Shown: positions 9,201 through 25,300 of the stretch, piece by piece
How the letters are laid out: every line of letters starts with the position of its first letter
How positions within the stretch are numbered: position 1 is the first letter of the stretch
From: the human T2T-CHM13v2.0 reference genome, Homo sapiens
Assembly (NCBI RefSeq): GCF_009914755.1
Contig: NC_060928.1
Length of the DNA: 64,000 nt
Direction: 5' to 3' (one strand)
Notes under the pieces: generated by a model
Told to the model about the DNA's origin: nothing
Seen by the model: only the letters and a program-made list of their open reading frames with translations
Database searches by the model: none
Made by a program: the position numbers and the translations under genes

Positions 9201-12200
9201 AAATATCTTCCCATAAAAACTAGACAGAAGCCGTCTCAGAAACTTGTTTGTGATGTGTGTATTCAACTACCAGAGTTGAACATTTCTGTTACAGAGCAAT
9301 TTTAAAACACTCTTTTTGTGGAATCTGAAAGTGGATAATTGGATAGCTTTGTGGATTTCGTTGGAAACGGGATGACGTATAAAATCTAGAGAGAAGCATT
9401 CTCAGGAACTTCTTTCTGATGTTTGCATTCAAGTCACAGAATTGAACATTCCTTTTCATAGTGCAGGTTTGAAACACTCTTTCTGTAGTATCTGGAAGTG
9501 GACATTTCAAGCGCTTTCAGGCCTACGGGGAGAAAGGAAATATCTTCAAATAAAAACTAGACAGAAGGATTCTCAGAAACTTATTTGTGATGTGTGTCCT
9601 AAACGAACACAGTTGAACCTTTGTTTTGATACAGCATTTTGGAAACACTCCTTTTGTAGGATCTGCAGGTGGATATTTGGATAGATTTTAAGATTTCGTT
9701 GGAAACGGGAGTTTCTTCATAGAAACTCAAGACAGATGCATTCTCAGAAACATCTCTGTGATGTTTGCATTCCACTCATAGAGTTGAAAACTTCCTTTCA
9801 TAGAGCAGGTTTGAAACACTCTTTTTGTAATATTTGGAAGTGGACATTTGCAGCGCTTTGAGGCCTATGGTGAAAAAGGAAATATCTTCTCATAAAAACC
9901 AGAAACAAGCATTCTCAGAAACTTCTTTTTGATGTGTGTACTCAAGTAACAGAGTTGAACCTTCCTTTTGACACAGCAGTTTTGAAACAATCTTTTTGTA
10001 GAATCTGCAAGTGGATATTTGGATAGCTTTGAGGATTTCGTTGGAAACGGGATATCTTCATATAAAATCTAGACAGAAGCATTCTCAGAAACTTCTTTGT
10101 GCTGTATGTCCTCAATTAACAGAGTTGAACCATTGCTTGGATACAGCATTTTGGAAACATTCCTTGAGTAGAATCTGCAAGTTGATATTTAGATAGATTT
10201 GAAGATTTCGTTGGAAAAGGGAATATCTCCATAGAAAATCTAGAGGGAAGCATTCTCAGAAACTGCTTTGTGATGTTTCCATTCAAGTCACAGAGTTGAA
10301 TATTCCCTTTTATAGAGCACGTTTGAAACACTCTTTCTGCACTATCTGGAAGTGGACATTTCGAGCGCTTTGAGGCCTATGGTGAAAAAGGAAATATCTT
10401 CCCATAAAAACTAGACAGAAGCATTCTCAGAAACTTGTTTGTGATGTGTGTATTCAACTAACAGAGTTGAACTTTTGTTTTTACAGAGCCGTTTTAAAAC
10501 ACTCTTTTTGTGGAATCAGAAAGTGGATATTCGGATGGCTCTGAGGATTTCGTTGGAAGCGGGATTACATATAAAATCTAGAGAGAAGCATTCTCAGGAA
10601 CTTCTTTGTGATGTTTGCATTGAAGTCACAGAATTGAACATTCACTTTGATAGAGCAGGTTTGAAACACTCATTCTGTAGTATCTGGAAGTGGACATTTC
10701 AAGCGCTTTCAGGCCTATGGTGAGAAAGGAAATATCTTCGAATAAAAACTAGACAGAAGCATCCTCAGAAACTTATTTGTGATGTGTGTCCTCAACTAAC
10801 AGAGTTGAAACTTTGTTTTGATACAGCATTTTGGAAACACTCTTTTTGTAGAATCTGCAGGTGGATATTTGGATAGCTTAGAGGGATTCGTTGGAAAGGG
10901 GATATCTTCATATAAAATCTAGACAGAAGCATTCTCAGAAACTTATTTGTGATGTGTGTCCTCAACTAACAGAGTTGAACCTTGGTTTTGATACAGCATT
11001 TTGGAAACACTCCTTTTGTAGAATCTGCAGGTGGATATGTGGATAGCTCTGAAGATTTCGTTGGAAACGGGAATTTCTTCATATAAAATCAAACAGAAGC
11101 ATTCTCAGAAACTTCTCAGTGATGTTTGCATTCAGCTCATGGAGTTGAACACTTCCTTTCATAGAGCCGGTTTGAAACACTCTTTCTGCACTACCTGGAA
11201 GAGGACATTTCGAGCGCTTTGAGTCCTATGGTGAAAAAGGAAATATCTTCTCATAAAAACCAGAAAGAAGCATTCTCAGAAACTTCTTTGTGTTGTGTGT
11301 ACTCATGTAACAGTGTTGAACCATCCTTTTGACAGAGCAGTTTTGAAACACTCTTTTTGTAGAATCTGCAAGTGGATATTTGGATAGCTTTGAGGATTTC
11401 GTTGGAAACGGGATGACATATAATATCTAGAGAGAAGCATTCTCAGGAACTTCTTTGTGATGTTTGCATTCAAGTCACAGAATTGAACATTCCCTTTCAT
11501 AGAGCAGGTTTGAAACACTCTTTCTCTAGTATCTGGAAGTGGGCATTTCAAGCGCTTTCAGGCCTATGGAGAGAAAGGAAATACCTTCAAATAAAAACTA
11601 GACAGAAGCATTCTCAGAAACTTATTTGTGATGTGTGTCCTCAACTAACAGAGTTGAACCTTTGTTTTGATACAGCATTTTGGAAACACTCCTTTTGTAG
11701 AATCTGCAGGTGGATATTTGGATAACTTTGAAGATTTCGTTGGAAACCGGAATATCTTCATATAAAATCAAGACAGAAGCATTCTCGGAAACATCTCTGT
11801 GATGTTTGCATTCAACTCAGTAGAGTTGAACACTTCCTTTCATAGAGCCGGTTTGAAACACTCTTTCTGCACTACCTGGAAGCGGACATTTCGAGCGCTT
11901 TGAGGCCTATGGTGAAAAAGGAAATATCTTCTCATAAAAACCAGAAAGAAGCATTCTCAGAAACTTCTTTGTGTTGTGTGTACTCAAGTAACAGTGTTGA
12001 ACCTTCCTTTTGACACAGCAGTTTTGAAACACTCTTTTGGTAGAATCTGCAAGTGGATATTTGGATAGCTTTGAGGATTTCGTTGGAAACGGGTTATCTT
12101 CATATAAAATCCAGACAGGAGCATTCTCAGAAACTTCTTTGTGCTGCATGTCCTCAATTCACAGAGCTGAACCTTTGTTTGGATACAGCATTTTGGAAAC

Positions 12201-15200
12201 ATTCCTTTAGTAGAATCTGCAAGTTGATATTTAGATAGCTTTGAAGATTTCGTTGGAAACGGGAATATCTTCATAGAAAATCTAGACGGAAGCATTCTCA
12301 GAAACTGCTTTGTGATGTTTGCATTCAAGTCACAGAGTTGAATATTCCCTTTTATAGAGTAGGTTTGAAACACTCTTTCGGCACTACCTGGAAGTGGATA
12401 TTTCGAGCTCTTTGAGGCCTATGGTTAAAAGGAAATATCTTCCCATAAAAACTAGACAGAAGCCGTCTCAGAAACTTGTTTGTGATGTGTGTATTCAACT
12501 ACCAGAGTTGAACATTTCTGTTACAGAGCAATTTTAAAACACTCTTTTTGTGGAATCTGAAAGTGGATAATTGGATAGCTTTGTGGATTTCGTTGGAAAC
12601 GGGATGACGTATAAAATCTAGAGAGAAGCATTCTCAGGAACTTCTTTCTGATGTTTGCATTCAAGTCACAGAATTGAACATTCCTTTTCATAGTGCAGGT
12701 TTGAAACACTCTTTCTGTAGTATCTGGAAGTGGACATTTCAAGCGCTTTCAGGCCTACGGGGAGAAAGGAAATATCTTCAAATAAAAACTAGACAGAAGG
12801 ATTCTCAGAAACTTATTTGTGATGTGTGTCCTAAACGAACACAGTTGAACCTTTGTTTTGATACAGCATTTTGGAAACACTCCTTTTGTAGGATCTGCAG
12901 GTGGATATTTGGATAGATTTTAAGATTTCGTTGGAAACGGGAGTTTCTTCATAGAAACTCAAGACAGATGCATTCTCAGAAACATCTCTGTGATGTTTGC
13001 ATTCCACTCATAGAGTTGAAAACTTCCTTTCATAGAGCAGGTTTGAAACACTCTTTTTGTAATATTTGGAAGTGGACATTTGCAGCGCTTTGAGGCCTAT
13101 GGTGAAAAAGGAAATATCTTCTCATAAAAACCAGAAACAAGCATTCTCAGAAACTTCTTTTTGATGTGTGTACTCAAGTAACAGAGTTGAACCTTCCTTT
13201 TGACACAGCAGTTTTGAAACAATCTTTTTGTAGAATCTGCAAGTGGATATTTGGATAGCTTTGAGGATTTCGTTGGAAACGGGATATCTTCATATAAAAT
13301 CTAGACAGAAGCATTCTCAGAAACTTCTTTGTGCTGTATGTCCTCAATTAACAGAGTTGAACCATTGCTTGGATACAGCATTTTGGAAACATTCCTTGAG
13401 TAGAATCTGCAAGTTGATATTTAGATAGATTTGAAGATTTCGTTGGAAAAGGGAATATCTCCATAGAAAATCTAGAGGGAAGCATTCTCAGAAACTGCTT
13501 TGTGATGTTTCCATTCAAGTCACAGAGTTGAATATTCCCTTTTATAGAGCACGTTTGAAACACTCTTTCTGCACTATCTGGAAGTGGACATTTCGAGCGC
13601 TTTGAGGCCTATGGTGAAAAAGGAAATATCTTCCCATAAAAACTAGACAGAAGCATTCTCAGAAACTTGTTTGTGATGTGTGTATTCAACTAACAGAGTT
13701 GAACTTTTGTTTTTACAGAGCCGTTTTAAAACACTCTTTTTGTGGAATCAGAAAGTGGATATTCGGATGGCTCTGAGGATTTCGTTGGAAGCGGGATTAC
13801 ATATAAAATCTAGAGAGAAGCATTCTCAGGAACTTCTTTGTGATGTTTGCATTGAAGTCACAGAATTGAACATTCACTTTGATAGAGCAGGTTTGAAACA
13901 CTCATTCTGTAGTATCTGGAAGTGGACATTTCAAGCGCTTTCAGGCCTATGGTGAGAAAGGAAATATCTTCGAATAAAAACTAGACAGAAGCATCCTCAG
14001 AAACTTATTTGTGATGTGTGTCCTCAACTAACAGAGTTGAAACTTTGTTTTGATACAGCATTTTGGAAACACTCTTTTTGTAGAATCTGCAGGTGGATAT
14101 TTGGATAGCTTAGAGGGATTCGTTGGAAAGGGGATATCTTCATATAAAATCTAGACAGAAGCATTCTCAGAAACTTATTTGTGATGTGTGTCCTCAACTA
14201 ACAGAGTTGAACCTTGGTTTTGATACAGCATTTTGGAAACGCTCCTTTTGTAGAATCTGCAGGTGGATATGTGGATAGCTCTGAAGATTTCGTTGGAAAC
14301 GGGAATTTCTTCATATAAAATCAAACAGAAGCATTCTCAGAAACTTCTCAGTGATGTTTGCATTCAGCTCATGGAGTTGAACACTTCCTTTCATAGAGCC
14401 GGTTTGAAACACTCTTTCTGCACTACCTGGAAGAGGACATTTCGAGCGCTTTGAGTCCTATGGTGAAAAAGGAAATATCTTCTCATAAAAACCAGAAAGA
14501 AGCATTCTCAGAAACTTCTTTGTGTTGTGTGTACTCATGTAACAGTGTTGAACCATCCTTTTGACAGAGCAGTTTTGAAACACTCTTTTTGTAGAATCTG
14601 CAAGTGGATATTTGGATAGCTTTGAGGATTTCGTTGGAAACGGGATGACATATAATATCTAGAGAGAAGCATTCTCAGGAACTTCTTTGTGATGTTTGCA
14701 TTCAAGTCACAGAATTGAACATTCCCTTTCATAGAGCAGGTTTGAAACACTCTTTCTCTAGTATCTGGAAGTGGGCATTTCAAGCGCTTTCAGGCCTATG
14801 GAGAGAAAGGAAATACCTTCAAATAAAAACTAGACAGAAGCATTCTCAGAAACTTATTTGTGATGTGTGTCCTCAACTAACAGAGTTGAACCTTTGTTTT
14901 GATACAGCATTTTGGAAACACTCCTTTTGTAGAATCTGCAGGTGGATATTTGGATAACTTTGAAGATTTCGTTGGAAACCGGAATATCTTCATATAAAAT
15001 CAAGACAGAAGCATTCTCGGAAACATCTCTGTGATGTTTGCATTCAACTCAGTAGAGTTGAACACTTCCTTTCATAGAGCCGGTTTGAAACACTCTTTCT
15101 GCACTACCTGGAAGCGGACATTTCGAGCGCTTTGAGGCCTATGGTGAAAAAGGAAATATCTTCTCATAAAAACCAGAAAGAAGCATTCTCAGAAACTTCT

Positions 15201-18200
15201 TTGTGTTGTGTGTACTCAAGTAACAGTGTTGAACCTTCCTTTTGACACAGCAGTTTTGAAACACTCTTTTGGTAGAATCTGCAAGTGGATATTTGGATAG
15301 CTTTGAGGATTTCGTTGGAAACGGGTTATCTTCATATAAAATCCAGACAGGAGCATTCTCAGAAACTTCTTTGTGCTGCATGTCCTCAATTCACAGAGCT
15401 GAACCTTTGTTTGGATACAGCATTTTGGAAACATTCCTTTAGTAGAATCTGCAAGTTGATATTTAGATAGCTTTGAAGATTTCGTTGGAAACGGGAATAT
15501 CTTCATAGAAAATCTAGACGGAAGCATTCTCAGAAACTGCTTTGTGATGTTTGCATTCAAGTCACAGAGTTGAATATTCCCTTTTATAGAGTAGGTTTGA
15601 AACACTCTTTCGGCACTACCTGGAAGTGGATATTTCGAGCTCTTTGAGGCCTATGGTTAAAAGGAAATATCTTCCCATAAAAACTAGACAGAAGCCGTCT
15701 CAGAAACTTGTTTGTGATGTGTGTATTCAACTACCAGAGTTGAACATTTCTGTTACAGAGCAATTTTAAAACACTCTTTTTGTGGAATCTGAAAGTGGAT
15801 AATTGGATAGCTTTGTGGATTTCGTTGGAAACGGGATGACGTATAAAATCTAGAGAGAAGCATTCTCAGGAACTTCTTTCTGATGTTTGCATTCAAGTCA
15901 CAGAATTGAACATTCCTTTTCATAGTGCAGGTTTGAAACACTCTTTCTGTAGTATCTGGAAGTGGACATTTCAAGCGCTTTCAGGCCTACGGGGAGAAAG
16001 GAAATATCTTCAAATAAAAACTAGACAGAAGGATTCTCAGAAACTTATTTGTGATGTGTGTCCTAAACGAACACAGTTGAACCTTTGTTTTGATACAGCA
16101 TTTTGGAAACACTCCTTTTGTAGGATCTGCAGGTGGATATTTGGATAGATTTTAAGATTTCGTTGGAAACGGGAGTTTCTTCATAGAAACTCAAGACAGA
16201 TGCATTCTCAGAAACATCTCTGTGATGTTTGCATTCCACTCATAGAGTTGAAAACTTCCTTTCATAGAGCAGGTTTGAAACACTCTTTTTGTAATATTTG
16301 GAAGTGGACATTTGCAGCGCTTTGAGGCCTATGGTGAAAAAGGAAATATCTTCTCATAAAAACCAGAAACAAGCATTCTCAGAAACTTCTTTTTGATGTG
16401 TGTACTCAAGTAACAGAGTTGAACCTTCCTTTTGACACAGCAGTTTTGAAACAATCTTTTTGTAGAATCTGCAAGTGGATATTTGGATAGCTTTGAGGAT
16501 TTCGTTGGAAACGGGATATCTTCATATAAAATCTAGACAGAAGCATTCTCAGAAACTTCTTTGTGCTGTATGTCCTCAATTAACAGAGTTGAACCATTGC
16601 TTGGATACAGCATTTTGGAAACATTCCTTGAGTAGAATCTGCAAGTTGATATTTAGATAGATTTGAAGATTTCGTTGGAAAAGGGAATATCTCCATAGAA
16701 AATCTAGAGGGAAGCATTCTCAGAAACTGCTTTGTGATGTTTCCATTCAAGTCACAGAGTTGAATATTCCCTTTTATAGAGCACGTTTGAAACACTCTTT
16801 CTGCACTATCTGGAAGTGGACATTTCGAGCGCTTTGAGGCCTATGGTGAAAAAGGAAATATCTTCCCATAAAAACTAGACAGAAGCATTCTCAGAAACTT
16901 GTTTGTGATGTGTGTATTCAACTAACAGAGTTGAACTTTTGTTTTTACAGAGCCGTTTTAAAACACTCTTTTTGTGGAATCAGAAAGTGGATATTCGGAT
17001 GGCTCTGAGGATTTCGTTGGAAGCGGGATTACATATAAAATCTAGAGAGAAGCATTCTCAGGAACTTCTTTGTGATGTTTGCATTGAAGTCACAGAATTG
17101 AACATTCACTTTGATAGAGCAGGTTTGAAACACTCATTCTGTAGTATCTGGAAGTGGACATTTCAAGCGCTTTCAGGCCTATGGTGAGAAAGGAAATATC
17201 TTCGAATAAAAACTAGACAGAAGCATCCTCAGAAACTTATTTGTGATGTGTGTCCTCAACTAACAGAGTTGAAACTTTGTTTTGATACAGCATTTTGGAA
17301 ACACTCTTTTTGTAGAATCTGCAGGTGGATATTTGGATAGCTTAGAGGGATTCGTTGGAAAGGGGATATCTTCATATAAAATCTAGACAGAAGCATTCTC
17401 AGAAACTTATTTGTGATGTGTGTCCTCAACTAACAGAGTTGAACCTTGGTTTTGATACAGCATTTTGGAAACACTCCTTTTGTAGAATCTGCAGGTGGAT
17501 ATGTGGATAGCTCTGAAGATTTCGTTGGAAACGGGAATTTCTTCATATAAAATCAAACAGAAGCATTCTCAGAAACTTCTCAGTGATGTTTGCATTCAGC
17601 TCATGGAGTTGAACACTTCCTTTCATAGAGCCGGTTTGAAACACTCTTTCTGCACTACCTGGAAGAGGACATTTCGAGCGCTTTGAGTCCTATGGTGAAA
17701 AAGGAAATATCTTCTCATAAAAACCAGAAAGAAGCATTCTCAGAAACTTCTTTGTGTTGTGTGTACTCATGTAACAGTGTTGAACCATCCTTTTGACAGA
17801 GCAGTTTTGAAACACTCTTTTTGTAGAATCTGCAAGTGGATATTTGGATAGCTTTGAGGATTTCGTTGGAAACGGGATGACATATAATATCTAGAGAGAA
17901 GCATTCTCAGGAACTTCTTTGTGATGTTTGCATTCAAGTCACAGAATTGAACATTCCCTTTCATAGAGCAGGTTTGAAACACTCTTTCTCTAGTATCTGG
18001 AAGTGGGCATTTCAAGCGCTTTCAGGCCTATGGAGAGAAAGGAAATACCTTCAAATAAAAACTAGACAGAAGCATTCTCAGAAACTTATTTGTGATGTGT
18101 GTCCTCAACTAACAGAGTTGAACCTTTGTTTTGATACAGCATTTTGGAAACACTCCTTTTGTAGAATCTGCAGGTGGATATTTGGATAACTTTGAAGATT

Positions 18201-19392
18201 TCGTTGGAAACCGGAATATCTTCATATAAAATCAAGACAGAAGCATTCTCGGAAACATCTCTGTGATGTTTGCATTCAACTCAGTAGAGTTGAACACTTC
18301 CTTTCATAGAGCCGGTTTGAAACACTCTTTCTGCACTACCTGGAAGCGGACATTTCGAGCGCTTTGAGGCCTATGGTGAAAAAGGAAATATCTTCTCATA
18401 AAAACCAGAAAGAAGCATTCTCAGAAACTTCTTTGTGTTGTGTGTACTCAAGTAACAGTGTTGAACCTTCCTTTTGACACAGCAGTTTTGAAACACTCTT
18501 TTGGTAGAATCTGCAAGTGGATATTTGGATAGCTTTGAGGATTTCGTTGGAAACGGGTTATCTTCATATAAAATCCAGACAGGAGCATTCTCAGAAACTT
18601 CTTTGTGCTGCATGTCCTCAATTCACAGAGCTGAACCTTTGTTTGGATACAGCATTTTGGAAACATTCCTTTAGTAGAATCTGCAAGTTGATATTTAGAT
18701 AGCTTTGAAGATTTCGTTGGAAACGGGAATATCTTCATAGAAAATCTAGACGGAAGCATTCTCAGAAACTGCTTTGTGATGTTTGCATTCAAGTCACAGA
18801 GTTGAATATTCCCTTTTATAGAGTAGGTTTGAAACACTCTTTCGGCACTACCTGGAAGTGGATATTTCGAGCTCTTTGAGGCCTATGGTTAAAAGGAAAT
18901 ATCTTCCCATAAAAACTAGACAGAAGCCGTCTCAGAAACTTGTTTGTGATGTGTGTATTCAACTACCAGAGTTGAACATTTCTGTTACAGAGCAATTTTA
19001 AAACACTCTTTTTGTGGAATCTGAAAGTGGATAATTGGATAGCTTTGTGGATTTCGTTGGAAACGGGATGACGTATAAAATCTAGAGAGAAGCATTCTCA
19101 GGAACTTCTTTCTGATGTTTGCATTCAAGTCACAGAATTGAACATTCCTTTTCATAGTGCAGGTTTGAAACACTCTTTCTGTAGTATCTGGAAGTGGACA
19201 TTTCAAGCGCTTTCAGGCCTACGGGGAGAAAGGAAATATCTTCAAATAAAAACTAGACAGAAGGATTCTCAGAAACTTATTTGTGATGTGTGTCCTAAAC
19301 GAACACAGTTGAACCTTTGTTTTGATACAGCATTTTGGAAACACTCCTTTTGTAGGATCTGCAGGTGGATATTTGGATAGATTTTAAGATTT

Positions 19393-22300
19393 CGTTGGAA
19401 ACGGGAGTTTCTTCATAGAAACTCAAGACAGATGCATTCTCAGAAACATCTCTGTGATGTTTGCATTCCACTCATAGAGTTGAAAACTTCCTTTCATAGA
19501 GCAGGTTTGAAACACTCTTTTTGTAATATTTGGAAGTGGACATTTGCAGCGCTTTGAGGCCTATGGTGAAAAAGGAAATATCTTCTCATAAAAACCAGAA
19601 ACAAGCATTCTCAGAAACTTCTTTTTGATGTGTGTACTCAAGTAACAGAGTTGAACCTTCCTTTTGACACAGCAGTTTTGAAACAATCTTTTTGTAGAAT
19701 CTGCAAGTGGATATTTGGATAGCTTTGAGGATTTCGTTGGAAACGGGATATCTTCATATAAAATCTAGACAGAAGCATTCTCAGAAACTTCTTTGTGCTG
19801 TATGTCCTCAATTAACAGAGTTGAACCATTGCTTGGATACAGCATTTTGGAAACATTCCTTGAGTAGAATCTGCAAGTTGATATTTAGATAGATTTGAAG
19901 ATTTCGTTGGAAAAGGGAATATCTCCATAGAAAATCTAGAGGGAAGCATTCTCAGAAACTGCTTTGTGATGTTTCCATTCAAGTCACAGAGTTGAATATT
20001 CCCTTTTATAGAGCACGTTTGAAACACTCTTTCTGCACTATCTGGAAGTGGACATTTCGAGCGCTTTGAGGCCTATGGTGAAAAAGGAAATATCTTCCCA
20101 TAAAAACTAGACAGAAGCATTCTCAGAAACTTGTTTGTGATGTGTGTATTCAACTAACAGAGTTGAACTTTTGTTTTTACAGAGCCGTTTTAAAACACTC
20201 TTTTTGTGGAATCAGAAAGTGGATATTCGGATGGCTCTGAGGATTTCGTTGGAAGCGGGATTACATATAAAATCTAGAGAGAAGCATTCTCAGGAACTTC
20301 TTTGTGATGTTTGCATTGAAGTCACAGAATTGAACATTCACTTTGATAGAGCAGGTTTGAAACACTCATTCTGTAGTATCTGGAAGTGGACATTTCAAGC
20401 GCTTTCAGGCCTATGGTGAGAAAGGAAATATCTTCGAATAAAAACTAGACAGAAGCATCCTCAGAAACTTATTTGTGATGTGTGTCCTCAACTAACAGAG
20501 TTGAAACTTTGTTTTGATACAGCATTTTGGAAACACTCTTTTTGTAGAATCTGCAGGTGGATATTTGGATAGCTTAGAGGGATTCGTTGGAAAGGGGATA
20601 TCTTCATATAAAATCTAGACAGAAGCATTCTCAGAAACTTATTTGTGATGTGTGTCCTCAACTAACAGAGTTGAACCTTGGTTTTGATACAGCATTTTGG
20701 AAACGCTCCTTTTGTAGAATCTGCAGGTGGATATGTGGATAGCTCTGAAGATTTCGTTGGAAACGGGAATTTCTTCATATAAAATCAAACAGAAGCATTC
20801 TCAGAAACTTCTCAGTGATGTTTGCATTCAGCTCATGGAGTTGAACACTTCCTTTCATAGAGCCGGTTTGAAACACTCTTTCTGCACTACCTGGAAGAGG
20901 ACATTTCGAGCGCTTTGAGTCCTATGGTGAAAAAGGAAATATCTTCTCATAAAAACCAGAAAGAAGCATTCTCAGAAACTTCTTTGTGTTGTGTGTACTC
21001 ATGTAACAGTGTTGAACCATCCTTTTGACAGAGCAGTTTTGAAACACTCTTTTTGTAGAATCTGCAAGTGGATATTTGGATAGCTTTGAGGATTTCGTTG
21101 GAAACGGGATGACATATAATATCTAGAGAGAAGCATTCTCAGGAACTTCTTTGTGATGTTTGCATTCAAGTCACAGAATTGAACATTCCCTTTCATAGAG
21201 CAGGTTTGAAACACTCTTTCTCTAGTATCTGGAAGTGGGCATTTCAAGCGCTTTCAGGCCTATGGAGAGAAAGGAAATACCTTCAAATAAAAACTAGACA
21301 GAAGCATTCTCAGAAACTTATTTGTGATGTGTGTCCTCAACTAACAGAGTTGAACCTTTGTTTTGATACAGCATTTTGGAAACACTCCTTTTGTAGAATC
21401 TGCAGGTGGATATTTGGATAGCTTTGAAGATTTCGTTGGAAACCGGAATATCTTCATATAAAATCAAGACAGAAGCATTCTCGGAAACATCTCTGTGATG
21501 TTTGCATTCAACTCAGTAGAGTTGAACACTTCCTTTCATAGAGCCGGTTTGAAACACTCTTTCTGCACTACCTGGAAGCGGACATTTCGAGCGCTTTGAG
21601 GCCTATGGTGAAAAAGGAAATATCTTCTCATAAAAACCAGAAAGAAGCATTCTCAGAAACTTCTTTGTGTTGTGTGTACTCAAGTAACAGTGTTGAACCT
21701 TCCTTTTGACACAGCAGTTTTGAAACACTCTTTTGGTAGAATCTGCAAGTGGATATTTGGATAGCTTTGAGGATTTCGTTGGAAACGGGTTATCTTCATA
21801 TAAAATCCAGACAGGAGCATTCTCAGAAACTTCTTTGTGCTGCATGTCCTCAATTCACAGAGCTGAACCTTTGTTTGGATACAGCATTTTGGAAACATTC
21901 CTTTAGTAGAATCTGCAAGTTGATATTTAGATAGCTTTGAAGATTTCGTTGGAAACGGGAATATCTTCATAGAAAATCTAGACGGAAGCATTCTCAGAAA
22001 CTGCTTTGTGATGTTTGCATTCAAGTCACAGAGTTGAATATTCCCTTTTATAGAGTAGGTTTGAAACACTCTTTCGGCACTACCTGGAAGTGGATATTTC
22101 GAGCTCTTTGAGGCCTATGGTTAAAAGGAAATATCTTCCCATAAAAACTAGACAGAAGCCGTCTCAGAAACTTGTTTGTGATGTGTGTATTCAACTACCA
22201 GAGTTGAACATTTCTGTTACAGAGCAATTTTAAAACACTCTTTTTGTGGAATCTGAAAGTGGATAATTGGATAGCTTTGTGGATTTCGTTGGAAACGGGA

Positions 22301-25300
22301 TGACGTATAAAATCTAGAGAGAAGCATTCTCAGGAACTTCTTTCTGATGTTTGCATTCAAGTCACAGAATTGAACATTCCTTTTCATAGTGCAGGTTTGA
22401 AACACTCTTTCTGTAGTATCTGGAAGTGGACATTTCAAGCGCTTTCAGGCCTACGGGGAGAAAGGAAATATCTTCAAATAAAAACTAGACAGAAGGATTC
22501 TCAGAAACTTATTTGTGATGTGTGTCCTAAACGAACACAGTTGAACCTTTGTTTTGATACAGCATTTTGGAAACACTCCTTTTGTAGGATCTGCAGGTGG
22601 ATATTTGGATAGATTTTAAGATTTCGTTGGAAACGGGAGTTTCTTCATAGAAACTCAAGACAGATGCATTCTCAGAAACATCTCTGTGATGTTTGCATTC
22701 CACTCATAGAGTTGAAAACTTCCTTTCATAGAGCAGGTTTGAAACACTCTTTTTGTAATATTTGGAAGTGGACATTTGCAGCGCTTTGAGGCCTATGGTG
22801 AAAAAGGAAATATCTTCTCATAAAAACCAGAAAGAAGCATTCTCAGAAACTTCTTTTTGATGTGTGTACTCAAGTAACAGAGTTGAACCTTCCTTTTGAC
22901 ACAGCAGTTTTGAAACAATCTTTTTGTAGAATCTGCAAGTGGATATTTGGATAGCTTTGAGGATTTCGTTGGAAACGGGATATCTTCATATAAAATCTAG
23001 ACAGAAGCATTCTCAGAAACTTCTTTGTGCTGTATGTCCTCAATTAACAGAGTTGAACCATTGCTTGGATACAGCATTTTGGAAACATTCCTTGAGTAGA
23101 ATCTGCAAGTTGATATTTAGATAGATTTGAAGATTTCGTTGGAAAAGGGAATATCTCCATAGAAAATCTAGAGGGAAGCATTCTCAGAAACTGCTTTGTG
23201 ATGTTTCCATTCAAGTCACAGAGTTGAATATTCCCTTTTATAGAGCACGTTTGAAACACTCTTTCTGCACTATCTGGAAGTGGACATTTCGAGCGCTTTG
23301 AGGCCTATGGTGAAAAAGGAAATATCTTCCCATAAAAACTAGACAGAAGCATTCTCAGAAACTTGTTTGTGATGTGTGTATTCAACTAACAGAGTTGAAC
23401 TTTTGTTTTTACAGAGCCGTTTTAAAACACTCTTTTTGTGGAATCAGAAAGTGGATATTCGGATGGCTCTGAGGATTTCGTTGGAAGCGGGATTACATAT
23501 AAAATCTAGAGAGAAGCATTCTCAGGAACTTCTTTGTGATGTTTGCATTGAAGTCACAGAATTGAACATTCACTTTGATAGAGCAGGTTTGAAACACTCA
23601 TTCTGTAGTATCTGGAAGTGGACATTTCAAGCGCTTTCAGGCCTATGGTGAGAAAGGAAATATCTTCGAATAAAAACTAGACAGAAGCATCCTCAGAAAC
23701 TTATTTGTGATGTGTGTCCTCAACTAACAGAGTTGAAACTTTGTTTTGATACAGCATTTTGGAAACACTCTTTTTGTAGAATCTGCAGGTGGATATTTGG
23801 ATAGCTTAGAGGGATTCGTTGGAAAGGGGATATCTTCATATAAAATCTAGACAGAAGCATTCTCAGAAACTTATTTGTGATGTGTGTCCTCAACTAACAG
23901 AGTTGAACCTTGGTTTTGATACAGCATTTTGGAAACGCTCCTTTTGTAGAATCTGCAGGTGGATATGTGGATAGCTCTGAAGATTTCGTTGGAAACGGGA
24001 ATTTCTTCATATAAAATCAAACAGAAGCATTCTCAGAAACTTCTCAGTGATGTTTGCATTCAGCTCATGGAGTTGAACACTTCCTTTCATAGAGCCGGTT
24101 TGAAACACTCTTTCTGCACTACCTGGAAGAGGACATTTCGAGCGCTTTGAGTCCTATGGTGAAAAAGGAAATATCTTCTCATAAAAACCAGAAAGAAGCA
24201 TTCTCAGAAACTTCTTTGTGTTGTGTGTACTCATGTAACAGTGTTGAACCATCCTTTTGACAGAGCAGTTTTGAAACACTCTTTTTGTAGAATCTGCAAG
24301 TGGATATTTGGATAGCTTTGAGGATTTCGTTGGAAACGGGATGACATATAATATCTAGAGAGAAGCATTCTCAGGAACTTCTTTGTGATGTTTGCATTCA
24401 AGTCACAGAATTGAACATTCCCTTTCATAGAGCAGGTTTGAAACACTCTTTCTCTAGTATCTGGAAGTGGGCATTTCAAGCGCTTTCAGGCCTATGGAGA
24501 GAAAGGAAATACCTTCAAATAAAAACTAGACAGAAGCATTCTCAGAAACTTATTTGTGATGTGTGTCCTCAACTAACAGAGTTGAACCTTTGTTTTGATA
24601 CAGCATTTTGGAAACACTCCTTTTGTAGAATCTGCAGGTGGATATTTGGATAGCTTTGAAGATTTCGTTGGAAACCGGAATATCTTCATATAAAATCAAG
24701 ACAGAAGCATTCTCGGAAACATCTCTGTGATGTTTGCATTCAACTCAGTAGAGTTGAACACTTCCTTTCATAGAGCCGGTTTGAAACACTCTTTCTGCAC
24801 TACCTGGAAGCGGACATTTCGAGCGCTTTGAGGCCTATGGTGAAAAAGGAAATATCTTCTCATAAAAACCAGAAAGAAGCATTCTCAGAAACTTCTTTGT
24901 GTTGTGTGTACTCAAGTAACAGTGTTGAACCTTCCTTTTGACACAGCAGTTTTGAAACACTCTTTTGGTAGAATCTGCAAGTGGATATTTGGATAGCTTT
25001 GAGGATTTCGTTGGAAACGGGTTATCTTCATATAAAATCCAGACAGGAGCATTCTCAGAAACTTCTTTGTGCTGCATGTCCTCAATTCACAGAGCTGAAC
25101 CTTTGTTTGGATACAGCATTTTGGAAACATTCCTTTAGTAGAATCTGCAAGTTGATATTTAGATAGCTTTGAAGATTTCGTTGGAAACGGGAATATCTTC
25201 ATAGAAAATCTAGACGGAAGCATTCTCAGAAACTGCTTTGTGATGTTTGCATTCAAGTCACAGAGTTGAATATTCCCTTTTATAGAGTAGGTTTGAAACA